The notes beneath the pieces were generated by a model, which did not search any database, was not told the DNA's origin, and worked only from the letters and a program-made list of their open reading frames with translations. A DNA stretch of 64,000 bases, taken from contig CAZQDS010000001.1 of assembly GCA_964591655.1 (NCBI GenBank), positions 7,232-71,231 of the forward strand, in the 5' to 3' direction. A program made the translations under genes and the position numbers. Shown here piece after piece: positions 1-8,328 of this stretch. This DNA is from an uncultured Methanosarcinales archaeon. GTDB lineage: Archaea; Nanobdellota; Nanobdellia; Woesearchaeales; UBA9642. Numbering within the stretch: position 1 is the stretch's first letter; every line of letters starts with the position of its first letter.

Positions 1-2
1 CT

Positions 3-359
3 AACGCTATGCAAAGCCATTCTGATCAAAGCAGGTTCCAGAACAGCCAAGTGGCAGATAGTATGGATTCGAAAAACAAGGAGCTTATATTCCACATCAA
101 CAATGCAAAAAATTACAGATTCACGAAACAAGGTACGTTTGCAACTACGGGCAGCCTTGTCGAATTGATAGTGAACAACAAAGAAAACCGGCACTATATG
201 ATTCTTCCATTCTTAGGAGGATATGGCTGCGAAATAGATGGCAAATCGATATACATCATATCTCCAAAAGCGCCGCTGACACTACATATCATCAATAAAT
301 CTAAAGATAGCAAGTTTTCATTTAGAGGATTCGAGTATATCATAAAAGAAATATTCTAG
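3..359 (+). CDS. GreA/GreB-like protein, C-terminal part (5'-truncated at window edge)
   Basis: Frame is open to the window start. GSLVEL...ILPFLGG...IISPKAPL resembles the Gre-factor C-terminal domain (IS..SPLG motif). Confidence 0.5.
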   Translation, partial: NAMQSHSDQSRFQNSQVADSMDSKNKELIFHINNAKNYRFTKQGTFATTGSLVELIVNNKENRHYMILPFLGGYGCEIDGKSIYIISPKAPLTLHIINKSKDSKFSFRGFEYIIKEIF

Positions 360-428
360 ACATCTATGGCGCGCCGGAAGTCCATATAAAAAGGAATATT
401 TTATATAATCTGCCGCTTTAAGCGCAAT

Positions 429-1382
429 ATGAAATATTTGCGTCAAATTAATAGCATAATAAATTCTAAAAAAAAACACATGGGTATTCCTGAAAAAATT
501 GTGAAAATAGAGCTATCAGAATTGGGCCGGGGAGAAAATTCGAGGAGCATTTTGGCAATAATAAACAAAAAATACAAGTTTGTCTTTAGGATAATATTGA
601 AAAACGTTTTCGAACAACATTCTTCTTTTGAAATGATGAATAAGATACACGCAGACATAGGTCCAAGATTCATTTTGTTCGATGATACAAGAAAGCACAT
701 GCAATTTCCTTATGCGATTTTTACATATGTAGAGGGCAAATCAAAGAAAAAATGGTCTAAAAAGGATTTGATGCTACACGCAAAATCCCTGGCACTTTTA
801 CATAGGGATTCTGAATTTCCCATCTCGCGAGCCCATAGACGTTCGGCCATCGACCCCGAGAAGAAGTTAAGGCATGATTTGAAATTGTTTAAAGGATCAA
901 GCGAAAATCCATCTGTTAAAATGCTGTTGCCAAAAATCATCAGATTCATACGCGATAATAAAAATTATTTTCCCCAAAAGAAAATGAATATCATACATGG
1001 AGACGCATGCAGCATAAATATCATGTTTCATAGCAATTCGGCCAGGTATATCGATTGGGAAAACTGCGCTTTCGGAGACAATGCAGAAGATATGGCGAGG
1101 ATATTTATACTAGGACATGGAGTTGAACCGTGGTTCATTGGACTAAGCGAATCTCGTCTTGAATCTTTTATAAAAGAATACATGAAATATTACCCTGACA
1201 TCAATCTGTATCCTCGGGTAATTGTTTGGAACATAACAAAATTATTCACTTCGCTTTTATATTTCATTTGGCGCATAAATAATTTTGATAAAAATAAAGT
1301 AATGTACCCAAAACACATGTATGAACAAGCAATCATCTCGATAACTGTTTTTCTTAAAAAAAGATTAGACACAAAAATATAA
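429..1382 (+). CDS. Aminoglycoside phosphotransferase/choline kinase-like (APH family) kinase
   Basis: Brenner motif IIHGDACSINI, followed by IDWE and GDNAEDMA; N-terminal GRGENS loop; LALLH. Confidence 0.8.
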   Translation: MKYLRQINSIINSKKKHMGIPEKIVKIELSELGRGENSRSILAIINKKYKFVFRIILKNVFEQHSSFEMMNKIHADIGPRFILFDDTRKHMQFPYAIFTYVEGKSKKKWSKKDLMLHAKSLALLHRDSEFPISRAHRRSAIDPEKKLRHDLKLFKGSSENPSVKMLLPKIIRFIRDNKNYFPQKKMNIIHGDACSINIMFHSNSARYIDWENCAFGDNAEDMARIFILGHGVEPWFIGLSESRLESFIKEYMKYYPDINLYPRVIVWNITKLFTSLLYFIWRINNFDKNKVMYPKHMYEQAIISITVFLKKRLDTKI

Positions 1383-1447
1383 TTATATAATTACATATAA
1401 TAATTATAATTGGCAAAAGTATATATATTTTTCTAACATATATAGAA

Positions 1448-1458
1448 TTATTCCGGAG
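1448..1458. promoter_or_regulatory. Candidate operator TTATTCCGGAG upstream of the first Lrp gene (exact reverse-complement copy at 1975-1985)
   Basis: The 11-bp motif recurs inverted upstream of the second Lrp gene. Confidence 0.35.
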
Positions 1459-1499
1459 CAAAAGGAAAGCTTTCCGTAATGGCTCGGAGATAAGACAAA

Positions 1500-1961
1500 A
1501 TGAACACCGATGATCTGAAGATAATTGCGCATTTGAGACAGGATTCGAGAAGGAATTTGACTAAGATAAGCAAACAAACATTGATGCCTGTAAGCACTAT
1601 ATTTGACAGGATGAAGAAATACAATAAGGAGATAATAACGAAGAGCACCGTCTTGGTCGATTTCAAGAAACTCGGATACGACATTAAAGTAAATATTCTT
1701 GTAAAGATATGTCAAGAGAAGAGGGAGCCCTTGAAGAAGTTCCTAGAATCCTGCCTCGCAGTCAATTCAGTATACCGTATCAACAATGGTTTTGACTATT
1801 TCATTGAGGCCATATTCAAGGACATGCTGCAATTAGAGCAGTTCAATGACAAGATTGATTCGATCGGCGCAGAATTGAAACAAGTCCATTACATACTCGA
1901 AGAGATTAAGAGGGAAGATTTCATAAGTCAACCGGACTTGGTCGACATGATGGGAAAATAA
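1500..1961 (+). CDS. Lrp/AsnC family transcriptional regulator
   Basis: N-terminal HTH (DLKIIAHLRQDSRRNLTKISKQ..MPVSTIFDRMKK), DFKKLGY linker, RAM domain. Confidence 0.9.
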   Translation: MNTDDLKIIAHLRQDSRRNLTKISKQTLMPVSTIFDRMKKYNKEIITKSTVLVDFKKLGYDIKVNILVKICQEKREPLKKFLESCLAVNSVYRINNGFDYFIEAIFKDMLQLEQFNDKIDSIGAELKQVHYILEEIKREDFISQPDLVDMMGK

Positions 1962-2047
1962 GCACATGAAGAATCTCCGGAATAACCCAGAAAAATTCCG
2001 ATTTTCACCAGATAACGCTTATTAAAGCAAGAAACATACAATGATGA

Positions 2048-2515
2048 ATGGAAAATAAAATGTTAAACACTAAAGAAAAAAGATTGATTGTCGCATTAAG
2101 GAAGAAGGACAGCCAAAACATAATGAATGTGTCGAAAAAACAAGAGATACCGAAAAGCACATTGTATGACATAATGCATAAGCTTCAGAGGACAGAGATA
2201 GTGAGACAGATAACAAAGATATCATTCGAGAAAATAGGGTTCCCTATAAAGATATTTTTCATAATACGGACAGACAACCAGAACAAAGAGAGACTTAAAC
2301 AGTTTTTATTGTCAGAAAAAAACGTGAACAACATACACCTGATCAACAACAGCACGAGCTTCCATGTTGAATGCATATTCAAGAACCAGAAGTCTGCAGA
2401 GGAATTTTTAGAATTGCTCGAAGAACAAATCCCTCTGACACAATTATCGGCATATAATCTCCTGGAAACTATCCGAGAAGAAAACTTCCTCACGGAAGAA
2501 GAGCATTTCGCATAG
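2048..2515 (+). CDS. Lrp/AsnC family transcriptional regulator (tandem paralog)
   Basis: HTH (IPKSTLYDIMHKL), SFEKIGFP linker, RAM domain; similar to the upstream Lrp. Confidence 0.85.
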   Translation: MENKMLNTKEKRLIVALRKKDSQNIMNVSKKQEIPKSTLYDIMHKLQRTEIVRQITKISFEKIGFPIKIFFIIRTDNQNKERLKQFLLSEKNVNNIHLINNSTSFHVECIFKNQKSAEEFLELLEEQIPLTQLSAYNLLETIREENFLTEEEHFA

Positions 2516-2576
2516 GAACCGGATGAATTGGGGATAAGATACAGAAAAAGATAGCGATAGCTATGGAGACATTAAA

Positions 2577-3731
2577 ATGCAAGATGTTGCGACGATAGTG
2601 AAAGACTATCAGTACTCGAATGATTTCAGCCTGACTACCCAGTTGAAGAGCTGGATGGCCATAAATCCCAGTTATGGATGCATTTGGGATTGTGCATACT
2701 GCATACAGCATAAGGATGCCTTTTTTGATAAATCAGACTATAAGAAAGTCATGAAAATAAGAAACATCTCTGGAGGAGAGATAACTCCTGAAGAGGTGGT
2801 GGCTGAAATAATGACTAATCCTAGAATAACAAACAACACGCCATTGGCATTCTACAATTTTTCAGATCCGTTCCTGCCGCAGAATAAGAGAGATCTGATA
2901 AGCATATTGAAAGGATTGGACAATAGGGAATTCAGGAACCCCATAGGCCTGATAACAAGGACATTTGCAGACAATGAAACAGTTGAAGCCATAGCACAAT
3001 TAGAAAATATAAAACCAGTGATCATAGTGTCTTATGCAGGCTATTCTAACAAAGAGATAGAATCTGCACCAAACAGTAAGCGTGTTGAGATGATGAAACG
3101 TTTCCATGATGCAGGAGTCCCTATTTTACAATACATGAGGCCGCTTGTCAAGGAATGGATGGAAGAAGGACAGATAGAAAAGGCCCGCGATACAGTGATA
3201 GACAAGATAGACGGAGTGGTCATGAGCGGGATAAGGCTTACCCCAGAGATAATATCAAAAATACAAAAACGGAACGTGACCGTTCCATTCACCAAGAATT
3301 ATGAGAATAAATACTTCCCAGAATCATTGCAGGAGGAAGTCGTTAAAGCATATGACGGGGTCGCCCCTGTCTTCAGATACACTAGTTGTGCGGTATCCAC
3401 GATGCTAGAAAGGCCGGATTATAACGCGCACCTGCAATACACGAAATTCACGAATAAAACCGACGATAATGAATGCAAGCTACCATGCAAATCGGGGCAA
3501 TCTAAGATATGCGCGGGATGTAAGACTCCGTTGGAGTCTACAGTCAAGGAATTGCTTTCGAAGATAGATAAAAAAGATGTTGAATTTGAGATAAAGAACG
3601 AGGGAGTGATATATGTCAAGACAGAGATGGACAAGCAAGAGAAGACGTTCTTGAGGCACAACACATCAAACCATGTGGAATCATTGGACGAGGAAGATCA
3701 TAAGGATCAAGTGTATGTGATGAAAAGCTGA
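2577..3731 (+). CDS. Radical SAM protein, spore-photoproduct-lyase-like clade
   Basis: NPSYGCIWDCAYC (CxxxCxxC), NFSDPF, LITR, RPL; additional C-terminal Cys cluster CKLPC...CAGC. Confidence 0.85.
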   Translation: MQDVATIVKDYQYSNDFSLTTQLKSWMAINPSYGCIWDCAYCIQHKDAFFDKSDYKKVMKIRNISGGEITPEEVVAEIMTNPRITNNTPLAFYNFSDPFLPQNKRDLISILKGLDNREFRNPIGLITRTFADNETVEAIAQLENIKPVIIVSYAGYSNKEIESAPNSKRVEMMKRFHDAGVPILQYMRPLVKEWMEEGQIEKARDTVIDKIDGVVMSGIRLTPEIISKIQKRNVTVPFTKNYENKYFPESLQEEVVKAYDGVAPVFRYTSCAVSTMLERPDYNAHLQYTKFTNKTDDNECKLPCKSGQSKICAGCKTPLESTVKELLSKIDKKDVEFEIKNEGVIYVKTEMDKQEKTFLRHNTSNHVESLDEEDHKDQVYVMKS

Positions 3732-3735
3732 CAAA

Positions 3736-4314
3736 ATGAAAAATGATGGATATTTTGGGAGAAAAGCAAGACTTGCACATCTGAAAGAATTGATAGGAGA
3801 GAAAAGTTTTAACAAAATTTCAGATTTCGGATGTAAGGAAGGATACTTGCTGCATAATCTTGATGCGAAAGAAAAAAACGGATACGACATGCATCCTGTG
3901 GAAGAGTTCGACGACATACGATATGCAGAAGCAGACATAGCATGCGCCACATCAGAAAACAATGATTTGATAGTGTGCAGTGAAGTGATAGAGCATATGC
4001 GAGATGATGTTGAGGCCATAAGAAATATCCATAAGTCCTTGAAGATAGGAGGATTTGTTTTTCTGACGACGCTGAACAAGAATACGGGATTCGACAAGTC
4101 CGAAATAGATAAGAAGCGAGGACATCTCAGGAGATATGGTCCTGAATTGAAAGTTTTGATGGAAAAGGAAGGATTCTCTACAATAAGATTTTATCCGTTC
4201 AGAGGCAAGCATTATTACGATTGTAAAAATGACGGGACATCATATTACCCGAAAATGGACGGCGACTCGCAAGGTTTCGCTTCAGGATGGATATATTTTG
4301 GTGTAAAAAAATGA
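3736..4314 (+). CDS. Class I SAM-dependent methyltransferase
   Basis: DFGCKEG motif I; DLIVCSEVIEH; LKIGGFVFLTT; GHLRRY. Confidence 0.85.
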   Translation: MKNDGYFGRKARLAHLKELIGEKSFNKISDFGCKEGYLLHNLDAKEKNGYDMHPVEEFDDIRYAEADIACATSENNDLIVCSEVIEHMRDDVEAIRNIHKSLKIGGFVFLTTLNKNTGFDKSEIDKKRGHLRRYGPELKVLMEKEGFSTIRFYPFRGKHYYDCKNDGTSYYPKMDGDSQGFASGWIYFGVKK

Positions 4315-4826
4315 TTGAAGAAAACTATGATATAATATTAATTGGTGGAGCAAAAGGAACAGGAAAGAGCACCATAACAAAGAAAATCAGCGAAATAACT
4401 GGAAAAAACCATCTGCACACAGGCACACTATTTTTAGACGCCGATAAGAATCTAGAAATTTATGAGAAGATGCTCTTTGAAAAGGTTGCGGGATTCTCAG
4501 GCATAATGGATACACATTATGCGGGGTATCATGCGGATGGTTTCTGTAGAGGCATAAGTGAAGGCTTGTTGAAAAATATTGGGAAGATGAAGACCGGGCT
4601 CGTGCTCATAGAGTTGGATGTCGACACATTATATGAAAGAAGGATGATTGATAAAAAGATCAGGATAATGGATAAGAAACATATGTCAGAAGAGCTTTAT
4701 TGGAACAGAAAATATTTTAATGAGTATTGTGATGAACTCCGTATTGAAGGGAAATCATTGTCTAATTACGATCTTGAAAATACCATAAATGGAGTGATAG
4801 GGTATCTCGGAGGAAAAAATGGATAA
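4311..4826 (+). CDS. P-loop nucleotide (NMP/adenylate kinase-like) kinase
   Basis: [10 protein letters not shown] Walker A; DTH and ERRMID..R, as in archaeal-type adenylate kinases; ATGA overlap with the upstream stop. Confidence 0.75.
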   Translation: MIEENYDIILIGGAKGTGKSTITKKISEITGKNHLHTGTLFLDADKNLEIYEKMLFEKVAGFSGIMDTHYAGYHADGFCRGISEGLLKNIGKMKTGLVLIELDVDTLYERRMIDKKIRIMDKKHMSEELYWNRKYFNEYCDELRIEGKSLSNYDLENTINGVIGYLGGKNG

Positions 4827-5244
4827 GCCGAAGAAGCAGATAGTCATAGTTAAATCTTTGATTGTTGATGATGGAAAAGTGCTCCTCGTAAGAAGAAGGA
4901 GAGAGTGGCATAAGGAATCTCATGATAAATGGGAATTTCCTGGCGGGAAGATAGATTTTGGAGAGACGCCTGAAGAGGCCGCAGTAAGGGAGGCAAAGGA
5001 AGAATCAGGATATGATGTCAAGATATTGCAGCTTTTGCCTAAGATAATCTCTGCTCAATGGGAATATGAAGATAGGATGAGCCAACAGATACTCATCTGT
5101 TACGTGTGCAAAAAGATAAGCGGCGATCCGATATTGGGCGATCATGGTGTTTCTGAAATAAGATGGTTCTCTAAAGAAGATGCTCTAGGACTGGAATGCC
5201 TTCCAGGAACGAAGGAATTTTTAGTCACTTTCTTCCCTGAGTGA
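4819..5244 (+). CDS. NUDIX hydrolase (MutT-like)
   Basis: Complete Nudix box [27 protein letters not shown]. Confidence 0.9.
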   Translation: MDKPKKQIVIVKSLIVDDGKVLLVRRRREWHKESHDKWEFPGGKIDFGETPEEAAVREAKEESGYDVKILQLLPKIISAQWEYEDRMSQQILICYVCKKISGDPILGDHGVSEIRWFSKEDALGLECLPGTKEFLVTFFPE

Positions 5245-5383
5245 CAATTAATCTATGAAACCATTCTTTAAAAGTAAAAAACCGTAACATATTTAAAGTA
5301 GTATTCATATGCGTTTGACATAATCTTATAATAGTAAAAAAAAGAGGGGGTGAGGACCGACATGTTTATTGTCGGAGGGAAAA

Positions 5384-6202
5384 ATGATAGTTAAAGACGA
5401 ATTTTTAAGCAAACTAAGAAGGCACTTCGGACTTAATCTTTACGAAGTCAAGATATGGACTGCGCTGCTTTCCAGAGGCATAAGCACTGCTGGAGAACTT
5501 TCTGACATAGCGAACGTCCCAAGATCAAGAAGCTACGATATTCTTGAATCGCTGGAGAAGAAAGGATTTGTAGTCATGAAGATAGGGAAGCCCATAAAGT
5601 ATATAGCGGTCTCCCCGAAAGAGATTGTTGACAGGGTAAAGAAGAACGTCCGTGTAGAATCGGAAGACAGGCTGAAGAGACTTGAAGAATTGAAAGGCAC
5701 AGACATCGTGGACGAGTTGAACAACTTGCACACGCAAGGCATAGAGCTTGTAGAGCCTACAGAATTGTCTGGATCGTTGAAGGGAAGGCACAACCTATAC
5801 AATCATATGGAGTTGACGATAAAGAATGCTGAAGAGACAGTCACGATAATGACTACGACACAAGGATTGTTGAGGAAGATCGAAGGCATGAAGCCCGTGT
5901 TTGAGCAGTTGAAGAAACGTGGCGTAAAGATAAGGATATGCGCACCTTTGACTAAAGAGGCAGTCCCTGCAATAAAGGATCTTGGCAATGTCGCTGAAGT
6001 GAGAGGCACCGATGCGAAGGCAAGATTTGTCATCGTCGACCGTAAAGAGCTGCTTTTCATGATAACAGACGACACACAGGTCCATCCGACATATGACGTC
6101 GGAATATGGGTGAACACCCCATTCTTTGCGAATGCTCTTGAAGAATTGTTCGAGCTTGCATGGAAAGAGATGAAGCCTGCGAAACAAGTCTTGAAATTAT
6201 AA
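5384..6202 (+). CDS. TrmB/TrmBL2-family transcriptional regulator or chromatin protein
   Basis: GLNLYEVKIW...ELSDIANVPRSRSYDILESLEKKGF wHTH, PLD-like C-terminal domain (ARFVIVD); GGAGG RBS before ATG 5384. Confidence 0.9.
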   Translation: MIVKDEFLSKLRRHFGLNLYEVKIWTALLSRGISTAGELSDIANVPRSRSYDILESLEKKGFVVMKIGKPIKYIAVSPKEIVDRVKKNVRVESEDRLKRLEELKGTDIVDELNNLHTQGIELVEPTELSGSLKGRHNLYNHMELTIKNAEETVTIMTTTQGLLRKIEGMKPVFEQLKKRGVKIRICAPLTKEAVPAIKDLGNVAEVRGTDAKARFVIVDRKELLFMITDDTQVHPTYDVGIWVNTPFFANALEELFELAWKEMKPAKQVLKL

Positions 6203-6229
6203 GTGCAAATATTTTTTTATTTTTTTATA

Positions 6230-7114
6230 TTATTTTTGTTCTTTCTCAATCAAATACAACAGCTCGTTCTCTATAAGTATTTTCTCATATTTCCATTGAA
6301 GTTTCTCGAGCAATTTCTCAAGCCATACTCGACGATATTCTTTTATCTCGCGCACTCCAGAAAGCGATAATGTGGGGAAAGTGACTGCGATCAATTTGGT
6401 GTCGAGCGACTTGAATAATTTTTCTGTGATGTTCCTTTCTACACGCTCCAGGCCATCCAGTGTCTTGAATATGAAACACACATCACATTTTATTTTAGAT
6501 AGTTTCTTCAGGCTCTCTTTCTCCACTAAATCGAGAGGAAAAACTTCGTTGTCAATTCTTGTCTTAGAAAAATATTCTTTCAAGAACTTGCAGTCCTCTG
6601 AAGAGATGTCTGATGCGTAGTATTTCTTTATCTTGTCCCTGACGAATATGTTCGCGATCGGATTGAGGCCGCATGCGAGATCAAGAATGACGGCTTTTCC
6701 TTTCACATTCTCAAATATTCTCTCATACAATTCCTTATAATGGCCGAGTCGTTCATTTGTAGATTTGTGTAATTTCAACAATTCTATGTGTGTATCAATA
6801 TCGTTTTCGTCGATTAATTTTTTTAGTATCTTGTTCTTCTTCTCATACTCTTTCAATATGAACGCGCCATACACTTTCCGAAGCTCTGCACGGACATTCT
6901 TTATCAGGAAATCATGCTCCTTGCTCTTCGTGAATTGCTTATAATTCTTGCTCTTCGATAATTTTTCAAGTATCTTTTCCTTATACTGATAATTGCTGAT
7001 GTCAGAGAAGAACTCTCTTAATTTTCTCGCGACAAAATCCTCATCTAAGGCCCGCAACTCCTTCTTATCTTTAACATCGCTTACAATATCTTCAAAGAAA
7101 GCCATTTCTTCCAT
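6230..7114 (-). CDS. 16S rRNA m7G1405 methyltransferase-like (FmrO/ArmA/Rmt family)
   Basis: HKSTNERL, LDLACGLNP, FKTLDGLE and VTFPTLSLSG match the family motifs HxSTxERL, DxxCGxNP, K...LE and SFPTxSL. The start ATG lies 1 nt after the pelota stop. Confidence 0.75.
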   Translation of the reverse strand: MEEMAFFEDIVSDVKDKKELRALDEDFVARKLREFFSDISNYQYKEKILEKLSKSKNYKQFTKSKEHDFLIKNVRAELRKVYGAFILKEYEKKNKILKKLIDENDIDTHIELLKLHKSTNERLGHYKELYERIFENVKGKAVILDLACGLNPIANIFVRDKIKKYYASDISSEDCKFLKEYFSKTRIDNEVFPLDLVEKESLKKLSKIKCDVCFIFKTLDGLERVERNITEKLFKSLDTKLIAVTFPTLSLSGVREIKEYRRVWLEKLLEKLQWKYEKILIENELLYLIEKEQK

Positions 7115-7115
7115 A

Positions 7116-8162
7116 TCAATAATTCTCCTTCCAGCGTAAAAGACAGGCAATCCCCGATAGTCCGTCAAGCTTCCTTGCCGCATCTTCTGAACTTATTATC
7201 CTTATCTCCGCATTCAATGTTTCTGCCTGTTCCATCATTGAATCTATCTGCCCATAGGACTTTTCTGAACGCATCTTCCTTATAAGGTTCTCCGATATAA
7301 GCAGCACCGAGATGTTCCCTGAATCTATCTTAGACTTCACATCAGCAATCCCGTATGCCGCATTCTCCTTGCTTATTGCGCCGAGCAATTCCTCTATCAA
7401 TGTTGTCTCTCTCGAAGATTGATCCTTTTCAAGCACCGTCTTAAGCTCGGGCCTCTTGAGTATCTCGTTTATCGTGCTTCCATCTATGCTGGAACATGAC
7501 GCGAGCGTAATCTTCTTTCTCAGCACTTCATCATCCAATTCCTTCAAAAGATACTCTTTCCAGAATGCAGGGCTCGCCAATACTATGCTGTTGAAAAGGT
7601 ATTTGTTATCGTAATCTTTCATTTTAGTTATTATCTCTTTGTAGAAGCTTGTCTTTTTCTCATCTGACTGCTCTTTCTTTGCGACATCGCCTTTTATCTC
7701 AAGGAGTATATCATAGCCATTATTCTTCAATAAGGCAAATATTGCCTCTTCCCTATCAAATGCGACAACTAGGACATGGAATGTCGTCTGTTTTGTCCCG
7801 TCATCAAGTTTTTTCAGGACATATTTTGTCCAATGGTCCTTCTCTATGCTTATGACTGTGCCTTCTTCTATGCCGAACGTGTGATACTCGCCCCTAGGGA
7901 CGTCTTCGGGTCCTTCAATTATCGGACCGGACACCCTCAACATCTCTTCGAAAGAAATCTTTTCGACCTTTATCTTCAAAAACACATTTATCCGCGATAT
8001 CTTTGATTTCTCATCAGCGCCACCCATCTTGATCTTCCTTTCAGTCATTCCACCAACTATATCTGATGGCTCTATTATCCCCTCTAAATACCACAGGTCG
8101 TCAGGGGCCTCTACCCTTATTTTTATCATCCCGTGTTTCAGGTCTTTTTGCAGCATCTTCAT
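7116..8162 (-). CDS. pelA: Pelota (Dom34) ribosome rescue factor
   Basis: DDLWYL, TERKIK, LRVSGPI, YHT, AAYG and C-terminal GIACLLRW; eRF1-type three-domain layout. Confidence 0.93.
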   Translation of the reverse strand: MKMLQKDLKHGMIKIRVEAPDDLWYLEGIIEPSDIVGGMTERKIKMGGADEKSKISRINVFLKIKVEKISFEEMLRVSGPIIEGPEDVPRGEYHTFGIEEGTVISIEKDHWTKYVLKKLDDGTKQTTFHVLVVAFDREEAIFALLKNNGYDILLEIKGDVAKKEQSDEKKTSFYKEIITKMKDYDNKYLFNSIVLASPAFWKEYLLKELDDEVLRKKITLASCSSIDGSTINEILKRPELKTVLEKDQSSRETTLIEELLGAISKENAAYGIADVKSKIDSGNISVLLISENLIRKMRSEKSYGQIDSMMEQAETLNAEIRIISSEDAARKLDGLSGIACLLRWKENY

Positions 8163-8328
8163 ACAGCAATAGAATGAGACCCGTTATTTAAATTTAATTG
8201 TGATACATGACAATACGTAGCGCCATATATTGTGCTCAGGCAAGCACACAGATATATTGAGAATATAGTAAGATTTATAAACCGCAACAACGAAGAATTT
8301 ACATTAATTAACGACAAAGGTGAGCGTG

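Noticed and set aside
5299-5307. TAGTATTCA shared upstream of both trmB paralogs (other copy 27987-27995, minus strand) as an autoregulatory box
   Set aside because: A 9-bp AT-rich match is too weak in this genome without a statistical test.
6230-7183. Longer 317-aa start for the Rmt-like methyltransferase
   Set aside because: It would overlap the pelota 3' end by 68 nt; the ATG at 7114, right after the pelota stop, is more plausible.
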